Part shown: positions 10,161 to 20,225 of the stretch, one piece after another
Numbering within the stretch: position 1 is the first letter of the stretch
Layout of the letters: every line of letters starts with the position of its first letter
From: Syntrophomonas sp.
GTDB lineage: Bacteria > Bacillota > Syntrophomonadia > Syntrophomonadales > Syntrophomonadaceae
Reading direction: 5' to 3'
NCBI GenBank assembly: GCA_016841425.1
Contig: JAENZE010000015.1
Span: 14,032 to 78,031 of the forward strand
Length of the DNA: 64,000 bases
Notes under the pieces: model-generated
Database searches by the model: none
Told to the model about the DNA's origin: nothing
Seen by the model: the letters and a program-made list of their open reading frames with translations, nothing else
Made by a program: the position numbers and the translations under genes

Positions 10161-11030
10161 ATGAAAACTTATTATGATTGTATTCCCTGTCTATTAAGAC
10201 AAACGGTTGAAGCTATGCACATGTTCGTAAAAGATGAGGGAATACAGGAGAAACTGATACGGTTCGTACTGCGTGAAATAGCAGATATGGATCTGAATGA
10301 AACCCCTCCTTATATGGCTGGATTGATTCACCGCCGGATAAGGGAAGTACTGCATGATACTGACCCTTATAAGGAGATAAAAGAGCATTTTAACCAATTG
10401 GCCTTAAACATGTATGAAAATTTGCATAAGCAGGTTGAAGAATCGGCTGATCCTTTTGACACAGCGGTACGTATTGCTATTGCAGGTAATATTATTGACT
10501 TTGGGGTTCGTGCTGATATTGGACCCCGGGAGGTAGAGGAAACCCTGCTAGAATGTCTGCAAAGACCTATCGCATTTAACGCTTCTGCGGAATTAAATCA
10601 CGCTATACTGCAGGCAGATAGAATTTTATTTCTGGGTGATAATGCCGGAGAAATAGTATTTGATCGCCTCTTGATTGAACAGATACCAGCGCAAAAAGTC
10701 TGTTATGTGGTTAAAGCAATGCCAGTAATAAATGATGCCATTATGGAAGATGCAGTTGCCACTGGCATGACTGAGCTGGTAAGAGTTATTGATAATGGCA
10801 GCGATGCACCAGGTACTAATTTTAATTTATGTTCACCACAGTTTATCGAGGAATTTCACCAAGCAGATCTTATTATCGCCAAGGGTCAGGCCAATTATGA
10901 GACTCTCAATGAGGTGAAGAACAAAGATATCTTTTTCTTATTGAAAGTTAAATGCCCGGTAATAGCCCGGGATTTAGGATGTGACACGGGTGCTGTAGTA
11001 CTCAAAAGCTGCTGTAGAAAAACGGTATAA
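10161..11030 (+). CDS. DUF89 / ARMT1-like damage-control phosphatase family protein
   Basis: N-terminal YYDCIPCLLRQ motif and a C-terminal AKGQANYE motif, both characteristic of DUF89. Confidence 0.75.
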   Translation: MKTYYDCIPCLLRQTVEAMHMFVKDEGIQEKLIRFVLREIADMDLNETPPYMAGLIHRRIREVLHDTDPYKEIKEHFNQLALNMYENLHKQVEESADPFDTAVRIAIAGNIIDFGVRADIGPREVEETLLECLQRPIAFNASAELNHAILQADRILFLGDNAGEIVFDRLLIEQIPAQKVCYVVKAMPVINDAIMEDAVATGMTELVRVIDNGSDAPGTNFNLCSPQFIEEFHQADLIIAKGQANYETLNEVKNKDIFFLLKVKCPVIARDLGCDTGAVVLKSCCRKTV

Positions 11031-11194
11031 ATACATCGGGTAGGGTGTCATCGGAGAAGGTCTGATTAGGCATAAGTAATTGGCAGGGTTCCCCAAATAT
11101 TTTGTTTATGAGATAATAAAAGGAAAAAAAGGCAGATGATAACTTGCTAACCAGAACATAAATTGAACTATTAGAATAAGAGAGGTGAAGCTCT

Positions 11195-12265
11195 ATGTAT
11201 GCTGTTATTTTAGCGGGAGGCAAGGGAGAAAGATTCTGGCCGCTGTCTCGTCGGGATAAACCTAAGCAGTTTTTATCTCTTCTGGGCAATCGTACTATGC
11301 TGCAGATGACTGTAGATAAACTCCAAGGACTGCTAACACCTGCTAACATTTATGTAATTACTGAGCGTATATATCTCGAACTGGTTAGAAAACAGCTGCC
11401 TGAGCTTCCATTGGAGAATATAATTTGTGAGTATTGTGGAAGAGACACAGCAGCAGCCGTTGGACTGGCCGCTGCTTATATCCAGCACCGCGATCCTGAG
11501 GGTATAATGATAGTACTGCCAGCCGATCATTTTATTGCCGATATCGAAGAATTTCAGCGGATAATACAGGTTGCTGTACGGTCTGCTGATTCTGGAGAGT
11601 ATGTGGTCACTATTGGCATCAGACCCTCCCGGCCGGAAACGGGATATGGCTATATACAGCAGGGTGAGGCGGTAGAGAATTTAGAAGGTATTAATGTTCA
11701 TAAGACGATTGCATTTCACGAGAAACCTGATCTACAGACAGCTGTTGACTATATAACCCAGGGTAGTTATTTATGGAACAGCGGTATGTTTGTGTGGCGA
11801 GTAGATTTACTCCTTGGATTAATTGCCAGGTACTTGCCGGAGCTGAACCGAGGTGTGGCTCTTATCTCAGAGGCTATAGGTACTGAGCGGGAAGCGGAGG
11901 TTATAAGGAACGTATACGAGAAGCTTCCACGGGTTTCTATTGATTATGGAATAATGGAGAAATGTGAACAGGTACTGGTAATTCCCGCCGCATTTGGCTG
12001 GGACGATGTAGGCAGCTGGACAGCTTTGGGACGCTACCGGGAATCTGATCCCCAGGGAAACATACTGGAAAGTCGCGGGGTTTTTGTTGATACCCATGAA
12101 TGTATGGTTTATGCGCCCCAAAGGGTAGTAGCTACTCTGGGGGTAGAAGGTCTAATAATCGTAGATAACCAGGATAGCCTGCTGATTTGCAGCAAAGACC
12201 GGGTCCAGGAAATCAAGAAAGTTGTGGAAGCTCTTAAGGAAGCAGGATACCGGGATATAGTTTAA
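11195..12265 (+). CDS. manC: mannose-1-phosphate guanylyltransferase (nucleotidyltransferase domain only)
   Basis: AVILAGGKGERFWPLSR N-terminus, the LPADH motif, and a length and layout typical of GDP-mannose pyrophosphorylase. Confidence 0.85.
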   Translation: MYAVILAGGKGERFWPLSRRDKPKQFLSLLGNRTMLQMTVDKLQGLLTPANIYVITERIYLELVRKQLPELPLENIICEYCGRDTAAAVGLAAAYIQHRDPEGIMIVLPADHFIADIEEFQRIIQVAVRSADSGEYVVTIGIRPSRPETGYGYIQQGEAVENLEGINVHKTIAFHEKPDLQTAVDYITQGSYLWNSGMFVWRVDLLLGLIARYLPELNRGVALISEAIGTEREAEVIRNVYEKLPRVSIDYGIMEKCEQVLVIPAAFGWDDVGSWTALGRYRESDPQGNILESRGVFVDTHECMVYAPQRVVATLGVEGLIIVDNQDSLLICSKDRVQEIKKVVEALKEAGYRDIV

Positions 12266-12328
12266 CAATTCGAGGTACAGCATGATTAACAATACTTGAG
12301 AAGTCTTCATGGGAGGGGAGGAAGACCT

Positions 12329-13696
12329 GTGATAAAGCATAATATTTTCAGGTTATACGATATCAGAGGCATCGTCGGGGAAGACTTGACCGAGCAAGCG
12401 GTTTATAAAATTGCCCGTGCCATAGCATCTAAGGCTGTTAGTAGAGGTTACAAGAAGATAGTGCTGGGAAGGGATAATAGAATGTCTTCACCCCGTTTGC
12501 GAGAAATCACAATAAAAGCTCTTCTCGAATCAGGCTGTGACATAGTAGACCTGGGGGTGGTAATAACCCCTATTTTCTACTTTGCAGCCCGACATTTGAA
12601 TATCAAAGCTGGTCTGATGATAACTGCCAGTCACAATTCTTCCGAATATAATGGTTTCAAGATGCTGTTAGGAGAAACTACTATCTACGGGGAGGAGATT
12701 CAAGAGATACGCCAGATCGCCGAAAGTGGTGAATATATCTCTGGCACAGATGGCAGATTGATAGAACTAGATATTATAAATGACTATATGGAAATGATAA
12801 AGGGAAAAATCCAGTTAGGATCCAAAAAACTTAAAGTAGTCGTAGACTGCGGCAGCGGCACTGCATCGCTTTTTGCTCCCCGTTTATTTCGAGAGCTGGG
12901 CTGTCAGGTGGTAGAATTGTACTGCGAATCCGATCCGACATTTCCTCATCATCATCCCGACCCGGTCGCAGTAGAAAACTGTCAGGATTTGATTCAGGTA
13001 GTGAAACAGGAACAAGCTGACCTGGGAATCGGCCTGGATGGAGATGGTGATCGCCTGGGTGTGGTTGACCGGGAAGGAAATATCATCTGGGGTGATATGC
13101 TGATGATTCTTTTCTGGCGGGAAATCCTTCCTCATCATCCTGGTACTGAGTGCATCGTGGAAGTGAAGTGTTCACAGAGCCTTATTGATGAAATCAGCCG
13201 CCTGGGAGGCAAGCCCTTGCTTTACAAAACCGGGCACTCTCTGATTAAAGGCAAGATGAAGGAAACCGGGGCAATATTTACCGGCGAGATGTCAGGTCAC
13301 ATGTTTTTTGCCGACGAATATTATGGCTTTGATGATGCTCTTTATGCTGCGGCCAGGCTTTTGCGCATTCTGTCTAATAGTGATAAGGATCTCACTGAAT
13401 TACTGGCCGATGTTAACAAGTATTATACTACCCCGGAAATAAGGGCAAAAAGTACTGATGAGGCTAAATTCGAGGTAGTAGAACAGGTATTACAGCACTT
13501 CCGTCCGCTATATGAAGTTCTGGATATAGATGGAGCACGTATTCTCTTTCCCGAGGGCTGGGGTCTGGTTCGGGCTTCCAATACTGGTCCAGAACTGATT
13601 GTAAGATGTGAAGGCAGTACCCCGGAAGCTCTGGAGAAAATTAGTGGAGAACTGTTCAGTTTCTTAGAAAATCTTGGTATAAGCATAAAAGGATAG
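12329..13696 (+). CDS. phosphomannomutase / phosphoglucomutase
   Basis: Active-site TASHNSSEYNGFK, metal loop GLDGDGDR and sugar loop GEMSGH. GTG 12329 follows GGGAGGGGAGG. Confidence 0.9.
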   Translation: MIKHNIFRLYDIRGIVGEDLTEQAVYKIARAIASKAVSRGYKKIVLGRDNRMSSPRLREITIKALLESGCDIVDLGVVITPIFYFAARHLNIKAGLMITASHNSSEYNGFKMLLGETTIYGEEIQEIRQIAESGEYISGTDGRLIELDIINDYMEMIKGKIQLGSKKLKVVVDCGSGTASLFAPRLFRELGCQVVELYCESDPTFPHHHPDPVAVENCQDLIQVVKQEQADLGIGLDGDGDRLGVVDREGNIIWGDMLMILFWREILPHHPGTECIVEVKCSQSLIDEISRLGGKPLLYKTGHSLIKGKMKETGAIFTGEMSGHMFFADEYYGFDDALYAAARLLRILSNSDKDLTELLADVNKYYTTPEIRAKSTDEAKFEVVEQVLQHFRPLYEVLDIDGARILFPEGWGLVRASNTGPELIVRCEGSTPEALEKISGELFSFLENLGISIKG

Positions 13697-13988
13697 CAGA
13701 TTTGGGCAGGTCACCCCGATAATTAAAGATGCTGCTAATTGGAAACCTGCCAGCAACCCGTCCCTTTGACATGTTGAAGATGACTCTACACCCCCGGCTC
13801 CCTGGCTTGCTGATGACTAAAATGTAAATATGTGTTAAAATTAGACTTAAGGGATACATTTTTATAGCAATAAATCAACTCCCCATTAACTTTTCTATTA
13901 CCCTTCCTACAAAAAAACTGCTGGAAAGATGCTGTTGCAAGTTAAGTGCTGCTATATTGTCAGTGCCTGAAAAGGAGGTGAATCAGGG

Positions 13989-15164
13989 ATGAATACGTCC
14001 TTGATCGTGAGTACCTATCCTCCCCGCCAGTGCGGAATTGCAACTTTTTCCAAAGACTTGAGGGATAATCTTATACATCTTATACCAGAAGTTCTGGTAG
14101 CTGCAATTAATGATCCCTTTCAATCCCACGACTATCCTTCCGAGGTAGTACTACAGCTTCAGCAGGAAAATAGACAGGATTATATCTCTTGCGCTACCTG
14201 GGCTAACCATCAGTCCAACCTGGATATGCTCATAATTCAACATGAATACGGCATATTTGGGGGGCTGGATGGGCAATACATAGTTGATCTGGCCGGCTGC
14301 CTCACCAAGCCTTTTCTGCTGGTTACTCATACTGTACTGCCCCAGCCATCTAAAAAGCAAAAGGAAATATTGTGCAGACTGGCAGGTCTGGCTGCTGGAG
14401 TCCTGTGTATGACTGAAAGATCCCGCAGGTTATTAGCTAATGTATATGAAGTGAAGTCAGAAAAGATATTTATAGTGCCTCATGGTGTACCCACTTTTAT
14501 CAAAAAGAGTAGACTGGATTTGAAAGATCAATACGGTCTGCGGGATCGCAGCATTATTACTACTTTCGGCTTAATAGGTCCAGGGAAAGGTCTGGAAATA
14601 GGTATTAAGGCTTTAGCCAGATTAGTTAAAGAACACCCTCAGCTGCTATATATAATTGCTGGTGCTACTCACCCAATCCTGCTGAGAAATGAAGGGGAGC
14701 GGTATAGGGAAAGCATCATAAAGCTGGTGGCTGAATTGCATTTGGATGATCATGTGTTGTTTGAAAATCGCTTTCTAGATGATGATGAACTAGGAGATTA
14801 TTTGTATATGACTGATATTTACCTGAGTCCCTACCCCAATCTGGACCAAGCGGTATCAGGGACTCTGGCTTTTGCGGTAGGTTGCGGTCGGGCTATAGTC
14901 TCCTCTCCCTACGAATATGCACGGGAAATTCTAGCCCAGGGCAGGGGCATGATAGCCCCGGAACCTACTCCTGAAGCGCTGGCAGACTTTCTGAACCTGG
15001 TTTTAAGAAATCCAGACCTCAAACAGGAATTAGAAACAAAAACGGCGGAATTTGGTCGTACTCTAACCTGGGCCAGCGTAGCAGAACTTTATAATGATAT
15101 AGGGGAAGAGATATTGGATATCAATAAAGCAAAATATTCCCAGGCCAGCGGAGGCAGGCCCTAG
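13989..15164 (+). CDS. GT4-family glycosyltransferase (GT-B fold)
   Basis: STYPPRQCGIATFSKDL N-terminus and a C-terminal GT-B (group 1) domain. AAGGAGG RBS. Confidence 0.8.
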   Translation: MNTSLIVSTYPPRQCGIATFSKDLRDNLIHLIPEVLVAAINDPFQSHDYPSEVVLQLQQENRQDYISCATWANHQSNLDMLIIQHEYGIFGGLDGQYIVDLAGCLTKPFLLVTHTVLPQPSKKQKEILCRLAGLAAGVLCMTERSRRLLANVYEVKSEKIFIVPHGVPTFIKKSRLDLKDQYGLRDRSIITTFGLIGPGKGLEIGIKALARLVKEHPQLLYIIAGATHPILLRNEGERYRESIIKLVAELHLDDHVLFENRFLDDDELGDYLYMTDIYLSPYPNLDQAVSGTLAFAVGCGRAIVSSPYEYAREILAQGRGMIAPEPTPEALADFLNLVLRNPDLKQELETKTAEFGRTLTWASVAELYNDIGEEILDINKAKYSQASGGRP

Positions 15165-15206
15165 GAAGCAAGGGGACGTCAGACTGTTACAAAATTCAGT
15201 CAATCG

Positions 15207-15491
15207 TCAAGGCTGTAGGTTAAAAATAGGCGCAACCTTGTAATTTGAGTAAAAATATGCTAAAAGTACCCTTGAGATTGAATTTATGGCCTCTAACCGG
15301 GCCATAAATTCTTTAACCCCCAATATGTTCAATACTCTTTTTAGGTTATGTCCCAAAAAGAGCAACGCCACTTCTACCCGCACCTTTCGTTGGCTTCGCA
15401 GGAGAAAATACCTCCCTCCCAGGTTGTGTTTTATTGTCCCGAACGAGTGCTCCACTATTTGCTGGTGCCTTTTTTATAGTGTTAGTTTGGC
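15207..15491 (-). pseudogene. C-terminal relic of an IS5/IS1182-superfamily DDE transposase
   Basis: The VEHSFGTIKHNLGGRYFLLRSQRKVRVEVALLFLGHNLKRV pattern matches the conserved C-terminus of these transposases. The frame is closed by a stop only about 12 codons upstream, so no catalytic domain remains. Confidence 0.65.
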
Positions 15492-15599
15492 TCTAACTTC
15501 AGGACTATTAATCGAAGTTGGGCAGTTTAAAAGGAAAGAAAAGGTTCTTGACACCTTTATTGCATAACTAATAATAATACATAAAATGCATAAAAGTTA

Positions 15600-15629
15600 T
15601 TGACCAAGTCAGTATATGTCGATTATAAT
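15600..15629 (+). promoter_or_regulatory. candidate sigma-A promoter for the PHP-ABC operon
   Basis: TTGACC, 18 nt, TATAAT, ending 40 nt before the ATG at 15669. Confidence 0.4.
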
Positions 15630-15668
15630 TGTGCAAACACCTTTTAGGAGAATTTTTGGAGAATTGCG

Positions 15669-16307
15669 ATGATAATTGACACCCATGTTCACGCTTACCC
15701 TACTTCGGATGACAGCGATATGACGCTGGAGCAGATTGTTGAGCAGGCATTGGAAATAGGACTTGATGGAGTATGCATCACTGACCATGATTCCCTGATT
15801 ATAAAGGAAAGGGCCAGGGATTATTCAAGAAAGGCCGGTTTTCCTATATTCGTAGGGGCGGAAGTGTTTACTTATGAAGGTGATGTGCTGGTGTTTGGTT
15901 TGGATAAACTTCCTGGTCAGAGGGTACACGCTGATTACCTGCTTGATTTAGTACAGGAAAGTGGGGGGATAGCAGTAAGCGCTCATCCTTTCCGCACCAA
16001 CAACCGGGGGATGGGGAACGTGGCCCGGCGACACTGTCTGCATGGTATAGAGGTATTTAATGGCAGCACTGACATGATCAACAATCTGAAAGCTGTTACT
16101 ATGGCTGAAGATATGAGATTGCCCCTGCTGGGAGCTAGTGATGCCCATAGAGTTGAAGCTCTGGGTAAATATTCTACCTGGTTCCCTGACGGTATGAGCA
16201 ATGAGAAGGACTTAATCAAAGCTGTTAAACAGGGAAATGTTTATCCAGTCAGATTGACTGATAAAGGATTTGAAAAGATCAGCCGGCAGATTATAAAGAG
16301 TACCTAG
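15669..16307 (+). CDS. PHP-domain metal-dependent phosphoesterase
   Basis: IIDTHVHAYP ... ITDHD ... SAHPF ... ASDAH His/Asp motifs of the PHP fold. Confidence 0.8.
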   Translation: MIIDTHVHAYPTSDDSDMTLEQIVEQALEIGLDGVCITDHDSLIIKERARDYSRKAGFPIFVGAEVFTYEGDVLVFGLDKLPGQRVHADYLLDLVQESGGIAVSAHPFRTNNRGMGNVARRHCLHGIEVFNGSTDMINNLKAVTMAEDMRLPLLGASDAHRVEALGKYSTWFPDGMSNEKDLIKAVKQGNVYPVRLTDKGFEKISRQIIKST

Positions 16308-16424
16308 ATCCTTTCTGGATTTTTTCAGGGGAGGGGATAAGCTATAGAGATATTATGATTCTTATGCTGATAATATCTGCACGAATTGCATGCGAAGGAT
16401 AAGAAATAGGGGGCGTTATTGGTA

Positions 16425-17465
16425 ATGAAACAGAAGTTACTGGCAATGTTAATGATTTTGTTTTTTGTGTTCAGCCTGGCGGGTTGTGCCGGGTCATCTG
16501 ATGATGATCAGCCGGCTCCAGAGGAAAAAATCGCAGCTGATTTAGCCGGCACCACTTTAAAGGTATTTGCTGCTTACGACGGAAAAGATGAAATATTCCA
16601 GGCATTTGAAGCAGATACCGGTATAAAGGTTGAATACCTGGACATGTCATCTGGTGAAGTTCTGGCCCGTATCCGGGCGGAGCAGGGAAAACCCCTGGGA
16701 GACATTTGGTTTGGCGGTGGAGTTGACAGCTTCATTGCCGCTCAAATTGATGGCTTGCTGGAAAGCTATCTGTCAGCGGGAGCCGAATTTGTGCCTGCCC
16801 AGTATAAAGATCCGGATGGATATTGGACGGGCATATCACTGGTAACAGTTAGTTTAATTGTAAATACTGATCGCTGTGCGGAGTTGGGGATGGAAGTTCC
16901 TCAGACCTGGCAGGATCTGCTTAAACCTGAGTTTAAAGGTGAAATATTAATGCCCAATCCCGCCATATCAGGTACTGCTTATACCATACTGAGCGGAATT
17001 CTTCAGACTATGGGCGAGGAAGAAGGGTGGGCTTACATGGATCAATTAAATGCCCAGATTCCATATTACGCCAAGCGGGGAGGAGAGCCGCCCCAGAAGG
17101 CAGCCCTGGGTGAAGTGGCGGTAGGGCTTGCACCTGACACCGGTGAAGAGCTGAAAGCCGACGGCTATCCCATCGTATCAGTATTTCCCCGGGATGGTAC
17201 CCCGTGGTGGCCGGCTCCGGTTGCTATTTTAAAGGGAGCTGAAAACCTGGAAGGTGCCAAGGTGTTTGTAGACTGGTGTTTGAGTGAAAAAGGCCAGCAG
17301 ATACTCAGGGATAATTGTGCCAGGGTTCCCGCCCGGGAGGGAATTGAATTGCCGGAATGCTTGTCGGAAATCAAAGATGCAGAACTGCAGGATATAGACT
17401 TTGTTGCTGCGGGTAACGCCAGGGATGGATTAGTTGAACAGTGGCAGACCCGGTATGGTCAATAA
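16425..17465 (+). CDS. ABC transporter substrate-binding lipoprotein (Fe3+ / polyamine / thiamine-type PBP2 family)
   Basis: Signal peptide with lipobox LAGC, followed by a solute-binding fold of about 320 aa. TTG 16419 is an alternative start. Confidence 0.8.
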   Translation: MKQKLLAMLMILFFVFSLAGCAGSSDDDQPAPEEKIAADLAGTTLKVFAAYDGKDEIFQAFEADTGIKVEYLDMSSGEVLARIRAEQGKPLGDIWFGGGVDSFIAAQIDGLLESYLSAGAEFVPAQYKDPDGYWTGISLVTVSLIVNTDRCAELGMEVPQTWQDLLKPEFKGEILMPNPAISGTAYTILSGILQTMGEEEGWAYMDQLNAQIPYYAKRGGEPPQKAALGEVAVGLAPDTGEELKADGYPIVSVFPRDGTPWWPAPVAILKGAENLEGAKVFVDWCLSEKGQQILRDNCARVPAREGIELPECLSEIKDAELQDIDFVAAGNARDGLVEQWQTRYGQ

Positions 17466-19155
17466 GTTTAAAGAAGGGGGGCCTTTTAAAGGCACCTCTT
17501 TTTCTGATTTGCTGGCAGGTTTAATTTATGTTCTAATAGCAGCCAGTGTTCTGGTTTTTATTTTGTGGCCCAGTATAACGATAATTGTGAAAAGCGTTTA
17601 TTATGACGGGCAATTCACCCTGGTTGAATACATTAAGCTTTTTACCCAAAACAAACAGCTGCTGTTAAACAGTATATTTGTATCGGTTGTTTCTACGGTG
17701 CTGGCGGTAGCTATTGGACTGTTTGTGGCATTGTTTATTAGTCATTCTCAGAATCGCGGCAAGAGACTGACTTTCGCGGTGCTGCTGCTGACCATGATTT
17801 CTCCTCCGTTTGTTTCTGCTTTATCATATATCATGCTGTTTGGCCGCCGAGGAATAATAACCTATTACCTGATGGGGCTAACGGTAAACCCTTATGGATG
17901 GCATGGGGTAGTTATTATGCAGGCTTTAAGCCATGCCTCTCTGGCCGCCCTGATTATTCTGGGTGTATTGCGGGGAATTGACAAAAGCCTGGAACAGGCC
18001 TCCCTGGACCTGGGGGCAGACAGCCTTAAGACTCTGTTGAAAATTTCCATCCCCCTGGCGAAACCAGGTGTTATTGCCGCCGCACTGATAGCCTTCATAC
18101 AATCACTTGCTGACTTTGGCACTCCGGCAATAATAGGTGGTAATTTTAGCGTACTGGCAACGGAAGCCTACATGAATGTGATAGGTATGTATAACTTGCC
18201 CAGAGCAGCAGCTATGGGCACACTTTTAATGATACCCGCCCTGCTTATGTTCATTATCTACCGGCGGACAGTGGAAAATTCAAAATATTTCTCCCTGCGG
18301 GTGAGTACCGAAAGTCCCCTGAAATTATCCAGGGGGGTTAACTATAGTCTGGCCCTGATAACAATCAGTTTTATATCATTCCAGTTAATACAATATATCA
18401 CCATACTCTGGGGAGCTTTCGCGAAAACCTGGGGGGTGGATTTCTCTTTCAGCCTAAGGCACATTCAGGCTGTGGAAGCAAGCCGATTAGCCGCCTTTGG
18501 CCGCAGCCTGGAATACGCATTGATCGCAGCCCTGGTTGGGACTCTGCTAGGAATGATAATTGCCTACATGATAGAAAGGAAGAAGTTTCCCGGCTACAGG
18601 ATTTTGGACTTTTTGGTCACACTGCCCTATATGATACCCGGTCCATTTCTGGGAATTGCCTATGTCCTGGCATTTCACAATAAACCCTTGATTCTTACCG
18701 GTACTGCTTTTATAGTAGTGGTAAACTGTATCTATCGCCAGTTGCCTATCAGTACCAGAGCGGGTACAGCAGTGCTTACCCAGCTCAACCCGGAGACCGA
18801 GTACAGTGCTCGGGACCTGGGGGCAAGTGAGATAACCGTTTTCAAGGATATAATATTGCCTTCATTAAAACCAGCTTTTCTGCTGGGATTTGTAAATACT
18901 TTTACCACCACCATGACAACTATCGGAGCAATAATATTTCTGGTGGTGCCAGGAGCTGAAGTGGCTACGGTACAAATGTTTACTACCATAAAAACCGGGC
19001 AGATAGGAGTAAGTACAGTTCTAGCCAATATGATAATACTGGTTACCCTGGCCATAAATCTAGTATTTTCTTACTTTATTTTGCGTTCCCCCAAATATGG
19101 TGGCAGCGAAAAAAGGGAGGGAGCCTATGTACCTGCAATTGATGGGATTAAGTAA
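17455..19155 (+). CDS. ABC transporter permease, duplicated (two-module) type
   Basis: About 12 TM segments with two EAA-like loops (LDLGAD..., ARDLGAS...). Overlaps the substrate-binding gene. The start is uncertain (17434 or 17455). Confidence 0.8.
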   Translation: MVNKFKEGGPFKGTSFSDLLAGLIYVLIAASVLVFILWPSITIIVKSVYYDGQFTLVEYIKLFTQNKQLLLNSIFVSVVSTVLAVAIGLFVALFISHSQNRGKRLTFAVLLLTMISPPFVSALSYIMLFGRRGIITYYLMGLTVNPYGWHGVVIMQALSHASLAALIILGVLRGIDKSLEQASLDLGADSLKTLLKISIPLAKPGVIAAALIAFIQSLADFGTPAIIGGNFSVLATEAYMNVIGMYNLPRAAAMGTLLMIPALLMFIIYRRTVENSKYFSLRVSTESPLKLSRGVNYSLALITISFISFQLIQYITILWGAFAKTWGVDFSFSLRHIQAVEASRLAAFGRSLEYALIAALVGTLLGMIIAYMIERKKFPGYRILDFLVTLPYMIPGPFLGIAYVLAFHNKPLILTGTAFIVVVNCIYRQLPISTRAGTAVLTQLNPETEYSARDLGASEITVFKDIILPSLKPAFLLGFVNTFTTTMTTIGAIIFLVVPGAEVATVQMFTTIKTGQIGVSTVLANMIILVTLAINLVFSYFILRSPKYGGSEKREGAYVPAIDGIK

Positions 19156-20059
19156 AAGTTATAATAACATAACGGCAGTAGATGATTTACACCTGGAGCT
19201 GGATAAAGGAGAACTGTTATCCATTCTGGGCCCTTCCGGTTGCGGGAAAACCACTACCCTCAGGATGATTGGAGGGTTTACTCCGGCCGAGAGCGGTAAG
19301 GTTATCCTGGAAGGCCGGGATATAAGTACAACTCCGCCTAATCTGCGGCCTACTGCCACTGTATTTCAAAGCTATGCCTTGTTTCAGCATATGAACGTTA
19401 TCCAAAACGTCTGCTACGGGCTAAAATTTCAAAAGCTGGGGAAAAAAGAGATGCTGGGGCAAGGGGAAGAGATGCTGGAAATGGTAGGATTGAAGCACTA
19501 CAGAAATAAGCCGGTGAATCAGCTGTCAGGAGGTGAACAGCAAAGGGTGGCTCTGGCCCGGGCTATGGTTATGAATCCGAAAGTCTTGCTGCTGGACGAA
19601 CCTTTGAGCAACCTGGATGCTAAATTACGGCAAAAAATGCGCAAAGAAATCAGAGATATTCAGAAAGAATTGGGTATCACCACCCTGTATGTTACTCATG
19701 ACCAGGAGGAAGCCCTGAGTATATCAGATCGTATAGCGGTTATGAACCACGGTAGGCTGGAACAGGTGGGCACTCCCAGAACCGTTTATAACTCACCGGC
19801 CAGTCGATTTGTTGCAGAATTTATTGGCAGGATAAACTTCCTGGCAGGAAAAGGGGAGCAGATACTGGCAGTAAGACCAGAGCGGATTACCATGTCAGAG
19901 GTATCAGGCTCCCTGCTGGGTACCATTGCACAAAAGCAATTTACCGGTGCGTATACCACCTACTTTGTCAGGGTTAGTGACCATACCATTGAAGTCGATG
20001 TACCATCCCTTGAAGATCGGGAATGGAACCCCGATGACGTAGTTTACCTTTCGTATTAA
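19127..20059 (+). CDS. ABC transporter ATP-binding protein (PotA/FbpC-like)
   Basis: Walker A GPSGCGKTT, signature LSGGEQQR and Walker B LLLDEP. ATG 19127 follows GGGAGGGAG. Confidence 0.9.
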   Translation: MYLQLMGLSKSYNNITAVDDLHLELDKGELLSILGPSGCGKTTTLRMIGGFTPAESGKVILEGRDISTTPPNLRPTATVFQSYALFQHMNVIQNVCYGLKFQKLGKKEMLGQGEEMLEMVGLKHYRNKPVNQLSGGEQQRVALARAMVMNPKVLLLDEPLSNLDAKLRQKMRKEIRDIQKELGITTLYVTHDQEEALSISDRIAVMNHGRLEQVGTPRTVYNSPASRFVAEFIGRINFLAGKGEQILAVRPERITMSEVSGSLLGTIAQKQFTGAYTTYFVRVSDHTIEVDVPSLEDREWNPDDVVYLSY

Positions 20060-20225
20060 GAAGGCATGGAGAGGTCAGGCTGTGTGAAGAGTCACCAGAA
20101 ACAAACTGAAAAAGCATATCAAAAAGGGATATCGGCACATAATGGTTTGATCAATAAAGAAAAGAGGTGCTGATATTGGCTTTCAGCATCAGTGGTCTCG
20201 GACCGTCTCCTTGCTTCCCTTAATC

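Noticed and set aside
15286-15567. 93-aa plus-strand ORF.
   Set aside because: It is antisense to the transposase relic, with no RBS or family signal.
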